Shown here piece after piece: positions 26,604-40,714 of a DNA stretch of 64,000 nt (position 1 is its first letter; the number at the start of each line of letters is the position of its first letter). Under the pieces are notes generated by a model that saw only the letters and a list, made by a program, of their open reading frames with translations, was not told the origin of the DNA and ran no database searches. The position numbers were made by a program, and so were the translations under genes. The stretch comes from Octopus sinensis (taxonomy: Eukaryota): contig NC_043005.1 in the NCBI RefSeq assembly GCF_006345805.1, forward strand, positions 109,182,001 through 109,246,000. The letters run 5' to 3'.

Positions 26604-26844
26604 GAAACTGCTATCATTTTCCTGCATGTGCAATACTGCAGCGAACTTAGAATACAAACACCATATGCAGTAAGATTATATGTTTTATCTTAGATTTTTT
26701 GAATTAAGACATAACCATACTCAGTTTAATAAACTTTTAAGACCAAACATATTTCAGAGTTCACGATTCTAATAACAATTCCAAACAAGGACCATTTTCA
26801 GTCTTACTCTGATAAGTACAAATCATAATCAAACCACAAGATGG

Positions 26845-27050
26845 CAGTGAGCAGGCAGAATTGTTAGCACACTGGGTAAAATGCTTAGTGGTATTTACGT
26901 CTGCTGCTACATTTCTGAGTTCAAATTCCACCGAGGTCGACTTTGCCTTTCATCCTTTCTGGATTGATAAATTAAGTACCAGTTACGCACTGGGGTCATT
27001 TTAATTGGCTATTGTCTCCCTCAAATTTGAGGCCTTATGCTTGCAGGAGA
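26845..27050 (+). mobile_element. S-A SINE
   Basis: Collinear with 4667-4893. Confidence 0.8.
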
Positions 27051-27129
27051 AAGGATTATTAAATCATAAGATTTTTTTGTCTCAGTATGGTCAGTAAAAA
27101 CAGAGCTGACTAGTTTTAATGATTATTTT

Positions 27130-27202
27130 GGCCACCTCCTCCTCCTCCTCATCATCATCATCATCGTCATCATCATCATCATCATCATCAATCATCATCA
27201 TC

Positions 27203-27244
<42 letters not shown>

Positions 27245-27245
27245 G

Positions 27246-27286
<41 letters not shown>

Positions 27287-27345
27287 GTCGTCGTCGTCAT
27301 CGTCGTCATCATCATCATCAGTATCATCATCATCATTATCATCAT
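27130..27345. repeat. Long (CAT)n tract preceded by (CCT)n
   Basis: Directly visible; abuts a probable retroelement 3' end on the minus strand. Confidence 0.9.
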
Positions 27346-27794
27346 CCAGTGTTTTTAATCCGGGTTTTGTCCCAGTTAACAGGGGTTGGCTGGATCTACC
27401 TCAATGCTGTTGCAACCAAGGTAGGTAGGTGCAGCCCACCCCAACCTTTGGGCAGGCTGGCTGGTGCCCATACACCTTTGCTATCATGAGGCTTTTTTGG
27501 AGCAAGATTTTCAACGGGGAGCATGCCCTTGCTTACCCCCATCCTCAGTTTCTAGACATGAGTGGTCCCTGGGACCAAGGCCTCTACCATTATTTTTAAG
27601 AAATGTGGTGGAAAACTAGCTCAGGAAGGCAGGGACGCTACTCCCTGCTGAGACCTCTTTCAGAGTCTTGACTACTGAAGTAACATGTTTTTGTCCATAG
27701 AGAAACAGCTTTCTGTTGTTCTTTGAAGTAGTTAGATATTATTGGTTATCGCAATCCATAAAATTCAGGCAGAACTAAACTAGGCGAATCTACA

Positions 27795-29965
27795 TATCTG
27801 TGGTGGTGGTGGTGGTGGAGATGGCAGCTGTGGTGGTGAAGGCTGCAGTGGTGGTGGTGGTGGTGGTGGTGGTGGTGGTGTCTGTAATAGTGGGATTGAA
27901 AACAATGGCCCTAGTGGTGATGGTTGCATGGACAGTAAGTGGTGATGGTGGTAGTTAGTAGCGGTGATAATAGTTGTGATAGTCGTAGTGGTGTCGTCTA
28001 TGGTAGTGTCCAGTAGTGGTGGGCATGGTTGTTATAATCATGGTTGGTGGTAATGCTGTCTGGTAGAGGTGGTGAGAGTGATGGTAGTGTTGGTGTTGGT
28101 AATGCTACTGGTAGTGATGATGATGATGATGATGATAAATAATGATGATGAGAGTGTTGAGGTAGTAGTAGTGCAAGTGGTGATCAATGGTTGTAGGAGT
28201 AGTGATATTGGTGATGAGATATTGGTAGGGATGGTAATGATAGTGCTGTTGGTGATACTGGTTTTGGTGGTGGTGGTAGTGTTGGTGTTGGTGTTGTAGT
28301 AGTGACAATGTGCGAGTTGTAGTGGTGATGATAAGAGTTAGTGTGGTGGTGTTGGTGGTGGTGGTAGTGATGGTGATGGTGGTGGTGGTGGTGGTGGCAC
28401 TACTAGTCGTATTGGTTGTGAGGTGATGGTGGTGGTATTGGTTGTGGTGTGATGATGGTCGTTGTATCGGTTGTGGTGGTATTGGTAGTTGTGTGGTGTT
28501 GGTGGTGTTGGTAGTGGAATGGTGTCGGCAATGATAGTCATTAGTGATGGTGGTGGTGGTGGTGACGATGATGGAGGTAGAGATGATGATAGTGATGGTA
28601 GCAGTGGTGGTAGCAGTGGTGATGGTAGCTGTAGTGGTGGCAGTGATAGCGGAGGTTGTAGTGGTGGTGGTAGTTGTGCCTTTGATTATGATAGCAATAG
28701 TAATATTGATGACAGTTTTAGTAGTAGTGGCCACGGTGGGAGGGTGATGTGCCAATGGTGATGGTGGTGACGATGGTAATAGTAGTGTTATATTGTTGTT
28801 GTTGTTGTTGTTGTTGTTTGTGGTGGTGGAGGTGGTGATCTATAGTGAAAAAGCTTAATGATGGAGGCAGTGGCTGTTGTTGTTTAACCCTAGGCTCCAA
28901 TAAGCAAACAGACCTGTGATCAAAGGGATCCAGCCTCTGACCCTCCCATCTTTTTTTACTGGTATATAACACCACATTATTATCTAATGTGTGCTTTCAT
29001 CATCTAAAACAGTGAGGTGTGATTGGAGGGAGATTAGGCTCCTATTTCAGGCAAGTGGAACCCACTTCATAGAAGCTCCCTCATTTCCTTGGTGACGGCA
29101 ACAGTGGTGGTGGTGGCAGTGGTTGGTGGTGGTGGTGGTGGTGGTGGTGGTGGTGGTGGTGATGATGCAGTGGTGGTGGCGGTGGTAGGGACGGTGATGG
29201 CGGCAGTGGTAGTAGTGGTGGTGGTGGTAATAGTGGTGGTGAAGGTGGTGGCAGTGGTGATGGTGGTAGTGATGGTGGTGGTGGTGGTGGTGGTGGTGGT
29301 AAAGGCAGCAGGGGGTTAGTGATGATGGTGATAATGGTTGTAGTTTAGGCAGTGGTGGTGTGTGTGTGGTGGTGGTCAGTGGTGATGGATGGGCTGGATG
29401 CTTGGGTCATGATAACAGCAGAAATGGGCGTAGAATATTCCAGAAATCTGTGGACGGACAGAAAAAAAATTGAAGGAAAGCAATGTAAAAAAAAAACAAA
29501 AAGAAGGGAGGCAAAAATATGTGATAAGGATAGTGAGAGGGAAGGAGGAGGAAAAAGATGAAGAGGAGAGAGAGAGAGAGTAAAAGAATGTGCATAAAGA
29601 CAGAAAAGAGTGCAAGGGTGAGGGGGAGAGAGAGGGATGGGTTGAGGGGAAATATCAAGAGATAGAGGAAAGTAGCAGGCTGAGGTAGATACATTGTGTG
29701 AGAGGGGGGGTAACTACAGGAATGGCAGTTTAGTAAAAAAAAAAAGGGACTTATTTGAAGAGAGGTAGGGGACTAGTGGTGGTGGCGGTGGTGGCGGCGG
29801 TGGTGGTGGTGGTGGTGGTGGTGGTGGTGGCGGTGGTGGTGGTGGCGGTGGTGGTGGTGATGGTGGTGATGGTGGTGGTGGTGGTGATGGGGGACGGTTT
29901 GGTTGGTGGTACTGGTTGTGGTAGTTCAGGTAGTGGTGGTGGTGGTGGTGGTGGTAGTACTAGAT
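27795..29965. repeat. Degenerate (GGT)/(GAT)/(GTA) trinucleotide tracts
   Basis: Directly visible; interrupted by a repeat fragment at ~28865-29085 and a purine-rich block. Confidence 0.85.
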
Positions 29966-30449
29966 GTGAAGATGATGATAATGTTAACAATGTTTAAGAG
30001 AATGATGATGATGGTGATGTGAAGACTAGCAGCGATAGTAGTAGTAGTAGTAGTAGACCCAGTGGTCATTTTTCCAATTCAAGGAACGCTGCTCTTGTTG
30101 TTCAGTACTAAATCAACGATGATCATTAGTGCTCTTTCCATGACCATCCTGTCCTATTGTGTATCAAGGGACTACATTTCCCAAAATACCTTCCTCAATC
30201 CAAGAAGACAGTGTGTAATTCAACAGAGATTTCACTGCTATTTTCTGCAGATTAAGTGACCACATAGAGGGCTCTTTATTGTTTTCATTGGTGGTATAGT
30301 GACTGTTGATGGTGATGACGATGATGATAATGATGACAATGATGATGATGATAACAATGATGATGATGATGACCAGGACAAGGGGGAGAACGATTGATAG
30401 AGATTCATTATACTAATTATTATTAAGAAATTTAACAAAATAGAAAATA

Positions 30450-30543
30450 TATATAAATGCATATATATATAAACATGCATATATACATACATGAATGTAT
30501 GGTGTATATACATATTTGTATGTGTATTTGTACGCATGTGCAG

Positions 30544-30611
<68 letters not shown>

Positions 30612-31388
30612 GTATATATATATATATATATTTATTTATATATAAATATATATAGAGATAGATACATAGATATATGCAATTCTCTATATTTATATCTATT
30701 TATCTATATATCTATCTACATATCCATCTATCTGGCTATCTATCCATTTATCTATCTATGTAAAAATACATATGTATTTGCATATACATACATATATATT
30801 TATATATATGTGTGTGTGTGTGTGTGTGTGGTGTGTATGTAAGAATGTATGTATGTATATGCATATGAGGGAGTGATTCTTTGTATCTATCGGTGTGTGC
30901 TTGTTTTATGGGTGATGCTGTTGTTGCCACGGTCGTGGTTGCAGTTGTTATCATTGTATATTGTTTGGTGGGTGGTGGTGGTGGTGGTGGTGGAGGTGGT
31001 GGTGAAGATGGTAGTTTCTGTGACTGGTAGCAGTGGGAGGTAGGAGTTTTAGCAGTGGCATAGAGAAAACTAATGGTCTGAGCCAGCTAGCCACCACCGA
31101 CACACACTGACATGCATACACATACATACAGAAGCATATGTTGGTGTCTTAATGCAAATATCTATGTATACACACACACACAAACACACACACACTCACA
31201 TACACACATAAACGTCCATATCTACACACAACTATATGCCTGTATGCCTGCATACGGTTACATTTATCTATCAACTTATATATATATATGTACATATATA
31301 TATATATATGTATATATACACATATATGTGTGTGTATATATATATATACATACACATATACACACCCACACACATATGCATATGCATG

Positions 31389-31432
<44 letters not shown>

Positions 31433-31666
31433 TATATATATACATACATATACGTATATATACATATATATATATATGTATACATATATGTATACAGATA
31501 TATATACATGTACATATACATATATATCTATATATATACATACATTATATATATATATTATATATATATAATATATACATACATTTATATATATATATAT
31601 TATATATTATATATAATATACATATGTAATAATATACACACACACACATATGTGTATGTATGTGTA

Positions 31667-31699
<33 letters not shown>

Positions 31700-32300
31700 A
31701 ATGTATATATATTCAATATGCCTGCATGTGTGCATATATAGTGTGTGTGTGTGCATGTGGGCAAATGTGTATGTGTATACATAGATCTGTATGGGAGTCT
31801 ATATGGTATATATGAACACATTCTACCATGCACGCACTCACATACACGCACACACACAAACACACACACACACGTACAAATACATACACACTAAAATACT
31901 GGCAATCACACACAATCAAATAAAATATATTATCCTTTCAACACATATACATACATGCATGCATTACATACACCAATTCTATGTGTTACATCAGGAACAT
32001 GCGCACAAACATACATATGCAACCAAACGTGCTCAGAATTGTATTGATATATATATATGTATATATATGTATATGTATGTATATATATGTATATATATGT
32101 ATGTATGCATGTGCGTGGCAAATGTGCACTTTTGTATTTGTATATATGTATATATATATGTATGTGTCTGCATGTATATAAGCATATATAGTTGTTTCAC
32201 TCTACAGGCATGTATATATTTACATGTGTGTGTATATCTATTTATCACTAGGTATGTGCATGCGTATATGTGTAAATATATGTGTGTATATATAAATATA

Positions 32301-32340
<40 letters not shown>

Positions 32341-32444
32341 AAGATATATATACATATATATGCATACACACACACACACACATATATATATATAAATGTA
32401 TACATATGTGTTTATATACATAACTCTTTATATATATGGTATAA

Positions 32445-32483
<39 letters not shown>

Positions 32484-33474
32484 CACACATACACACATAT
32501 ATATATATATTTTCATATACACACAAACACACTCTCTTACACAGGAATACGTATGGAATCAGTATGAATTCACTTATACACACAAATGCATGCGCATACG
32601 CATATATGCACATGGGCATGAATGTTCCACTGCCGCCACCTACGCCACCGCCACAACCACTTCGACCACTACCACCTCCAGCACCTAAGTCCATCATTAC
32701 ATAGAGAAAATATTCACTCAACCCTTTTTTATTGATTTCAAAGACTGTCCAAAAATTCCTTTGCTACTGTAAAAACATCAGCTGCTACCGCTTGGGAACT
32801 GCGCGAGGAGTAGGTAGAGGATGGGAGAGAAAGTGAGAGGGAGGGAGAGAGAGTGGGAACTAAAGGGTGGTAAAGAGAAATAGCCTCTCTTAGAGAATGG
32901 GGGAAGGTGTGTGTGTGTGTGTGTGTGTGTGCAGAAGGTAGGGGTGTGTCGGTGGTTCTAGGGACAGTCATAGGTGGAGAAACAGGAGAGCTGTGTGGCT
33001 AGTGTGGTGTGGCGGGTCGATGGTGATGGTGTGATGGTGGTGGTGGTGGTCGTCGCTGTGGAGGGGGTGGTGGTGGTGTTGAAGACCGTGGAGACAGAAA
33101 GAGCGAATCATTGGGGAGATGGATTCGGGGAGAGATAGGACGGCGGGAATTGCAAGTGTGAGTTGGTGGGTAAGATAAATGTGGTGGTGAAGGATGGGGT
33201 GGGAGTGGTGGGAGGAGTATATATACGTGTGTGTGTGTGTGTGTGTATGTAGGTATGTATGTGTATGTATGTATGTATAAGAGAATTGCATGAGAGAATA
33301 GTAGATAGATGAATATATGGCCAGATCTATGGATGGACAGAGAAAGATGGATGGATTGATTGGTTTGTTGGTTTGAATGATACATACTTAGATAAGTGTG
33401 TGTGGCGTATACGCATATCTCACGCATACACAGTATAAAGTAAATCTGTGTCTGTGAGTATATATTTATATGTG

Positions 33475-33515
<41 letters not shown>

Positions 33516-33591
33516 TATATATATATACACATAATATATATATGATATGTACTATATATTATATAATATATATATATGATATTATATGTAA

Positions 33592-33632
<41 letters not shown>

Positions 33633-33645
33633 TATACCTATATAT

Positions 33646-33691
<46 letters not shown>

Positions 33692-33717
33692 GTATATATA
33701 ATGTAATATGTATAATA

Positions 33718-33753
<36 letters not shown>

Positions 33754-34318
33754 TATATATATATATTACCTATATATATATATATGTATGTATAGAGAAG
33801 ACCACTCTTTTGCTATGTGTGTGTGTGTGAAATATGATAGGTAGATAGATATGCAATTAAAAGACAGATAAACAAATTGAAACATAGTGATTGTGCTTGC
33901 TTTTGCGTTGTATATATGTATGCTTTTATATATATATATAGTATATATATATACATATATCATAACACCACACATATATATATACATACTACATATATAT
34001 ATATTTATATTTTATATATATATATACACACATATTATACATACCATGTATATATATATATGGTATGTATGTATGTATATGCCTGCTTTGGTGTATTTTC
34101 TATATATGTATATATTTCTATGCATGCATATATTTACACATATACATATGTATGCATATGTAAGTTTTTTTATAAATATGCATGAATATATATATATATA
34201 TGTATATATACATACATGTACACATACATATGTATATGTATATATATATACCCATATACATATATATACATACTATATAGATATTATATATAATATATCT
34301 ATATATATATAGTATGTA

Positions 34319-34360
<42 letters not shown>

Positions 34361-34746
34361 TATATATATATACAACACACACATATAAATCGTATGTATA
34401 TTATGTAAGTTTATTGTATGTTAGGAGAGGAATACTGAAAGAAATTTATGGGAAATTGCTGATTAGAAAAGAAAAAAAAAAGATTAGTGGGCAGTAGCAT
34501 TAGAAAGAGAGAAGGAGAGGAAGGGAATTGTAGGAGGTAGTGTGAGGAAGAGAGAGTGAGAGAGACTGGGATGGAGAGTGATAGAGAAAATGATAGAGAG
34601 AAATATAGGATAGAAACTGTGATGGAGAGGGTGAGTGTTTCAGGGAAAATGAAGCTGAAGAAGAGGAGAGAAAATGTAAGATGGAGATAGATAGACAGAT
34701 AGATAGAGGGAGAGAGAGAGAGAGAGAGAGAGAGAAGATAAATAGA

Positions 34747-34779
<33 letters not shown>

Positions 34780-34810
34780 GGGAGAGAGAGAGAAATAGAG
34801 AGAGAGAGAG

Positions 34811-34853
<43 letters not shown>

Positions 34854-36326
34854 TATATAAATAGATAGATAGATAGATAGACAGAGATAGATAGATACAT
34901 ACATACATACGTACGTACATACATACATACATACATACATACATACATACATACTTATATACGTACATACGTACATAGTAACATACATACATACATAGAG
35001 TGACAGACACAGTGAGAGAGAAATGATAGAAAAGATTGAGTGATAGAGTAACAAAGGAAGAGATACAGAGAAATGGAGAGGGGGAGGTTAAAGGGTTTGA
35101 AAATGGAAAGAAAAATTGAAAGAATATGAAAGAAAAACAGTAAAAGAAGAATAGGGAAGATTTGTGGAGAGACAAAAATGATGGAAGTGAAGAAGGGAAG
35201 AATGATTGTGAATGAGTGAGAGAAGGAAGAGAATAAGATGAAGAGAGGAAAAAGAATGAAAGAAAGAGAAGGAATGATAGACTGTGAAAAGAAAATGATA
35301 AAAGGTGGAGAGAGGAAGATAAAAGAGGGTGAAAGAAATAAAGAGGAAAGAGAAGGACAGGAGGAGAGAGAGAGAAGGAGAGGAGGAGAGAGAGAAGGAG
35401 AGGAGGAGAGAGAATGAGAGGAGGAGAGAGAATGAGAGGAGGAGAGAGAGAGAAGGAGAGGAGAGAGAGAAGGAGAGGAGGGGGAGAGAGAAGGAGATGA
35501 GGAGAGAGAGAGAGAAGGAACGGAGGAGAGAGAGAGAAGAGGAGGAGGGAGAGAATGAGAGGAGGAGAGAGAGAAGGAGATGAGGAGAGAAAGAGAAGGA
35601 CAGGAGGAGAGAGAGAAGGACAGGAGGAGAGAGAGAAGGAGAGGAGGAGAGAAAGAGAAGGAGAGGAGGAGAGAGAGAAGGAGAGGAGGAGAGAGAGAAG
35701 GAGAGGAGGAGAAAGTGAAAGAGAGGAGGAGAAAGAGAAGGAGAGGAGGAGAGAGAGATAAATAAAATAAGTTGAGTGCAGGAACGTAAATCAAAAAATG
35801 TAGATTTCTGGAAAGATATTTAGTGTAATGGATGGTCAAGAACATAAATGAATGAAGTTAGAATGTGGAGTGGAGATTTAGTGGAGTCGAGTGTAGACTG
35901 TTATCAGATGAGTATGAGTGGAGAGAGAGAGAGAGAGAAAAAAATGTTTTAAGTCATCTTATTGGGAAGAAATACAGAGAAAAGAGGGCAAGTGTGAGTT
36001 TGTTAATTTAAAGAGAGGGAGTATCTATAGCATTATAAGGTGGTGATTCTTCAGGAAAGGAAAAGAAGAATGAACTATTTGATAGATTAAGATGAGAAAC
36101 ATAAAGTGAACCATACTTTCCTTTTTTGATGTTTATGCTGATGTATGCGTCTGTGTGTCTTCTTCTTTTTATGACAGTGAGGTGGTATACTATTTCTAGA
36201 AGAGTATGCAGTCACGTAGAGGAATTATATTACATGTACACTCACAAACACACCACATACACACATATATATATATATGTATATATATATTATATATATT
36301 ATATATATATATATATATATAATATA

Positions 36327-36362
<36 letters not shown>

Positions 36363-36405
36363 TGTATATATATATATATTGTATATATATATATATGTAT
36401 GTATG

Positions 36406-36438
<33 letters not shown>

Positions 36439-36512
36439 ATATTACATATATATATATGTATGTAGTATGTATGTATATATATAATATATAGTATTATATT
36501 TGTATATATATA

Positions 36513-36589
<77 letters not shown>

Positions 36590-36598
36590 TATATATAT
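30450..36598. repeat. ~6-kb simple-repeat domain, including a ~20-bp GA-rich minisatellite (gaggaggagagagagaagga) at 35330-35760
   Basis: Directly visible. Confidence 0.88.
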
Positions 36599-36599
36599 G

Positions 36600-37330
36600 A
36601 TATTGGGTTGACTAAAATGTTCAGTCAGCTTTTCAAGTCAAAATACGACACAAGTTTTAAACATGAAAGAATTCATCCTAGTGTCTTACGTCATCTTATG
36701 GGCAGATCCATTATTCCCTGCTCCAAGAATTTTATGGTTTTATAGAGGAAAAACTCTCCTAGCTGAATGTTTACAGTCTCTACAAGCCTGAAGGTCTGTC
36801 CATTCAATGAATTTCAAAGATACCCAAACAGTTAGAAATCTGAAGGTGTGAAATCGGGAAAATAGGGAGGGTGTGGCAAAACTCACCCTGTGACTTCTGC
36901 TACGTCTGCCAAGGAATCTGTGACCTAGCACTGTTGCGATGATAGACAATACCCTTAGAATTAGCAAGTGCTGGACGATCCTGGTGGATCACCATGTTTA
37001 CTTTGTCTACACATTCAAATTGATGATCCCCTCAGTGGGAAAGGGCTCATAAATGACAGTACCCTTCCGCAGTGCTTCCTTCATAATAGTTTGCACCTCA
37101 CATTTTTCGTCCACTGTCACATCTCTTCAGGAAAAAAAAGGATCGTTTTCTTCCCGTTTCTGTGACGAATCGCAGACGGAAATCCGTTGGGCGAAGTTAG
37201 CCTCTTTTAGTGGATATAGGATCCAATCGTTAAGCCTGCTGATGTTACCAAGTTGATGTGGATGGTTTTCAGCATGCGATTTGGATATTTGGGGAATATT
37301 TGCGATTATCCTGGCCATTGGCTAGCCAGA
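36600..37330 (-). mobile_element. Decayed mariner transposon (internally deleted)
   Basis: HQLGNISRLNDWI...RISVCDS...PFF*RDVTVDEK (ITGDEKW region) and VLPHPPYFP; mariner-like end TA-ttgggttg at 36600. Confidence 0.82.
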
Positions 37331-38056
37331 GCGAGGTGCAGCTTAAATCAAAAAATTTCAACATCCTTTAAGTTTTCAGTGCATATCTAACTGTAGGTTT
37401 CCGTCACTTTCTTGCTTTTTAAAATTAAAAGAGCATGAGATGTTGATAATGTTCGTTTTAGCTCTCCATTTTCATGGCAAATCCAAGCACACAAAATGCA
37501 ACCATTTCTCGTTGCAAGTTCGCATCAAACTGTGTTTAAGCGTCTAGTATCTAACGTAGGCGTTAAATGCTTTCAAAATATCTTTTGGTTTACTCGTACG
37601 AAGTATACGATATTTTCAGCAAATCCGGGCCTCAGTAGGGCTTTATTGTTGCATGTGAAAGCTTTCGTGAAAATATGATTGTTGACTAAGAGTCTAGAAG
37701 GTCTATTTCAGAAGTTACTATCTACGGGGCGGTTTTAGTCATTGTAAACTAAATTTTACATTTGTTTTACGCAAAGGGAAGTGCAGTGTGTTTTTATGAT
37801 TAAGTGTAACATCTGAGATGTTCACTGCATAAGCGGTAATTGAAATTCCGTAGTTTTAAAAGTATGTTTGTAGATTTTCTTTCCCCCACCTGCTGCACAT
37901 TGGTTGAAGCTTCTAAGTAATAGGAAACAATCCTTCTTAGAGAACAGGAGATTTAAAATATAAATTTGACAGTAAGTATAAGCTGACTAAATCGCTTATC
38001 TCAATGTGTTCATACTCACTTTGAAAAGCATGTTTGAATGTTTTTTTTTAATTCAG

Positions 38057-38125
38057 ATGGTGTTATCGAAGATTAGGAGATCTTTCCGTGCGTGTAGAAT
38101 GATCTTCCCTTCTTCGTCAGTAAAG
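38057..38125 (+). CDS. Candidate first coding exon MVLSKIRRSFRACRMIFPSSSVK
   Basis: T-rich acceptor ttcAG|ATG and AAG|gtagta donor; basic peptide with no acidic residues, resembling a targeting peptide. Confidence 0.22.
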
Positions 38126-38289
38126 GTAGTAGTGGAACTAACGTAATTGAAAACCAAATCAGTGGAGATAAACGCTTAGTGATTTTTGATGTCTAGCTGC
38201 AAAAATTCGTAAATATTTTGTTTGGGGTAGATCCAAAGTACTTTACGATATTCAATGTTTTATTACATTGCATCGTGTAGACTCTCAAT

Positions 38290-38560
38290 ACAGCTAACAA
38301 ACCTATCTTCACTGGAACAGCTACATACAACGATGAAGCCCTATCAAGAAGTAATTTTGCAGAGAAAATAAATTATATAAAAGAACTGCAGCGTCAGGCC
38401 AACACTAGAATGAGAAGCAGAAATAAAGACATTACCTGGTTCATACCACCTTTTAACCCAGCGGTTTCCACTAAGATAATTAAGAAACACTTCACACAAC
38501 AACATAATTACAGTTAAATTTTAACCAGAAACGCTATTAAGCACTTTTATTCCACCATTT
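38290..38560 (+). mobile_element. PLE RT C-terminal fragment (WFNPP-type clade)
   Basis: YNDEALSRSNF...RNKDITWFIPPFNPAVST...KHF...ILTRNAIKHFYS matches the PLE RxRNIIWFNPPF...KHF...IFNRN..K.SYS pattern. Confidence 0.7.
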
Positions 38561-39364
38561 CCAAATTTCCCACTGACTTCCGCTTTTTTTTTTTAAATTG
38601 AATCAACCCGGCACACAAGTAAGCACAAACAAAGGCAACTACTACAATTTGGATACACAGTCAGTTAATTTCAACTGTCTGTCACAAGCAACTCTGTTCC
38701 ACGCTAATTCACCAACAATGCAAACTTTTATAGATTTAAGTTCTCATACTCTCAAACTACGCTATTATCAGCCCAACTATACTCTTCAAACTCAAATTGA
38801 AAACGCGATACGACGTCATCAAGTTACATTAGGGGCTTTAAAAACCAAAAGAAAAAACATCTCTTACAATATAAGATAGAACATTACGAAGGCAGTCACT
38901 TATTTAGGCATCGACAAACGCTGGAAGTTATATCCAGTTGAACTATCCATGCAGATAATCCTACAAACCTACATAAGGAATCTGAAACAACTACTTTCAC
39001 ATGTTTATATAAATCACTGCAAACATAGAAACTATTCAGCTTTAACATATCATTTAAAGCAATAGTCTTAACAAGCACAATTTTTTCGGGGTGGGGGTGG
39101 GGGAAACTGCCAGATTCCATCACATAGAAGGACCTACATGAATACTTTCTTAAGTTACCGAAGTTTTATTATTATTAAACCATTCTATGACCTACACCAA
39201 AGTATTCATCTTCATTCTAAAAAGATAATAGTTGAATGAAAAACATGTAATCGGTTATTTCTTTACGTTCATGTCTGAATGGCTGCAGATTAACGCGTGC
39301 AAATATGTGTTATATGCAGGTACGTTGATGAAGGAATAAGTGAATTTGATGTCAAAATCGTTCG

Positions 39365-39555
39365 CACGCTGGACGGAATGCTCAGCGGTATTTCGCCCGT
39401 CGCTACGTTCTGAGTTCAAATTCCGCCGAGATCGACTTTGCCTTTCATCTCTTCGGCTCGATAAATTAAGTACCAGTTGAGTACTGGGGTCAATGTAATT
39501 TTGAGGGAAGGCTTACCTTCCCTCAAAATTTCAGGCCTTGTGCCTATAGTAGAAA
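39365..39555 (+). mobile_element. S-A SINE
   Basis: Collinear with 4667-4893; CpGs retained. Confidence 0.8.
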
Positions 39556-39632
39556 GGATTATTATTATTATTATTTACAGAATTGCAAAAATCAACGCTT
39601 CATATAAAAAACTATCAGAATGTGTGTGTGTG

Positions 39633-39671
<39 letters not shown>

Positions 39672-39869
39672 TTGTGTGTGTGTGTGTGTGTGTGTTTGTG
39701 TGTGTTGCAGGTATTAGTTATAGTTGGTCATGGTGTTACTATTGGTCTTGCACCTATCATATAAGTGACTCATGAAACCTAGTTGTAGGCACATAACCTC
39801 TGTTCTACTGGAGGTGGAAGGCAGTCTTGCTCGATCAGAGTTGTGGGAAAAAAACCAAAACGAAGTTCT

Positions 39870-40200
39870 ACTAAGCGACATCCTTGTGGGTGAGATGGAA
39901 TTATCTCTCTTCCACTTGTTTCGGTTGCATTAAAAAACGATTATATATATTTCCTCTCGTGAGCCATTTAACTTTTGGAGTTTAAGAAGGTCAAGCGAAT
40001 TCATTGGGATCCTTGCTCTCTGAGCCAAGCAAAGTTCGCATTGTCTGCACTCATTGAAACATGGTCCAGAAAGTTTCCAGGAACTTCCATTTGATCTTGT
40101 ATCCTCTTCTTTTAAACGCCATATACAGCTGATCAAAGACGTAACGTTGCGCTATCTTGAGATTCTAAAGGAGGACCTGCAGACTTTAGGCGTCACATAA
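39870..40200 (-). mobile_element. PLE GIY-YIG endonuclease C-terminal fragment
   Basis: LISCIWRLKE...SWKLSGPCF...CELCLAQRARI...LNGSREEI matches the LS.YIW.LK...W.I...PY...C.LCL.EK..I...LN.R.E pattern. Confidence 0.7.
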
Positions 40201-40404
40201 AGAGACCCACCGTTGCTCCAACATGTTTCTAAGTATATATCTTTATGCTACTAGCGCCCATGCTGTTATTACTGCTGCTGCTACTCCTGTTACTGCTGGA
40301 CATCACCTCAGCCTCGTGGTTCACGGTCTTACAGTTGCATCGACTATACTGTTAATAGTCACTGTTAATCATCCTTGAGCATCCTGCCTTTGAGTAGAGT
40401 TTGG

Positions 40405-40448
<44 letters not shown>

Positions 40449-40495
40449 ATATGTTTGTGTGTGTGTGTGTATGAATATATATGTATGCGTGTATA

Positions 40496-40676
40496 TAGAT
40501 CGGTAGCCACTACACACATTTTTTTCTCTGCTTGTTTTTTTCTGTGTCCCTTCCTGTAGAAGAGCGTAGGCTCGAAACGTAAAAGACTTTTTTCAATTTC
40601 CTGAGCGTTATACTAATACATATGTTTGTTTAATACACCACTTCTCTTCGTCTTTTTCCTTTTTCGTGAACTCTCC

Positions 40677-40678
<2 letters not shown>
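40496..40678 (+). mobile_element. Family A mini-element copy
   Basis: Reverse complement of the 813-992 family; flanked by TA repeats. Confidence 0.7.
40550..40585 (+). ncRNA. Minimal hammerhead-like motif, A6U variant
   Basis: CTTC-CTGTAGA-A-GAGC-GTAG-GCTC-GAAAC-GTA-AAAG; palindromic ACGT stem III. Confidence 0.5.

Positions 40679-40711
<33 letters not shown>

Positions 40712-40714
<3 letters not shown>

Noticed and set aside
34955-35845. 296-aa L/S-rich ORF and opposite-strand R/E-rich ORFs
   Set aside because: Product of the GA-rich minisatellite.
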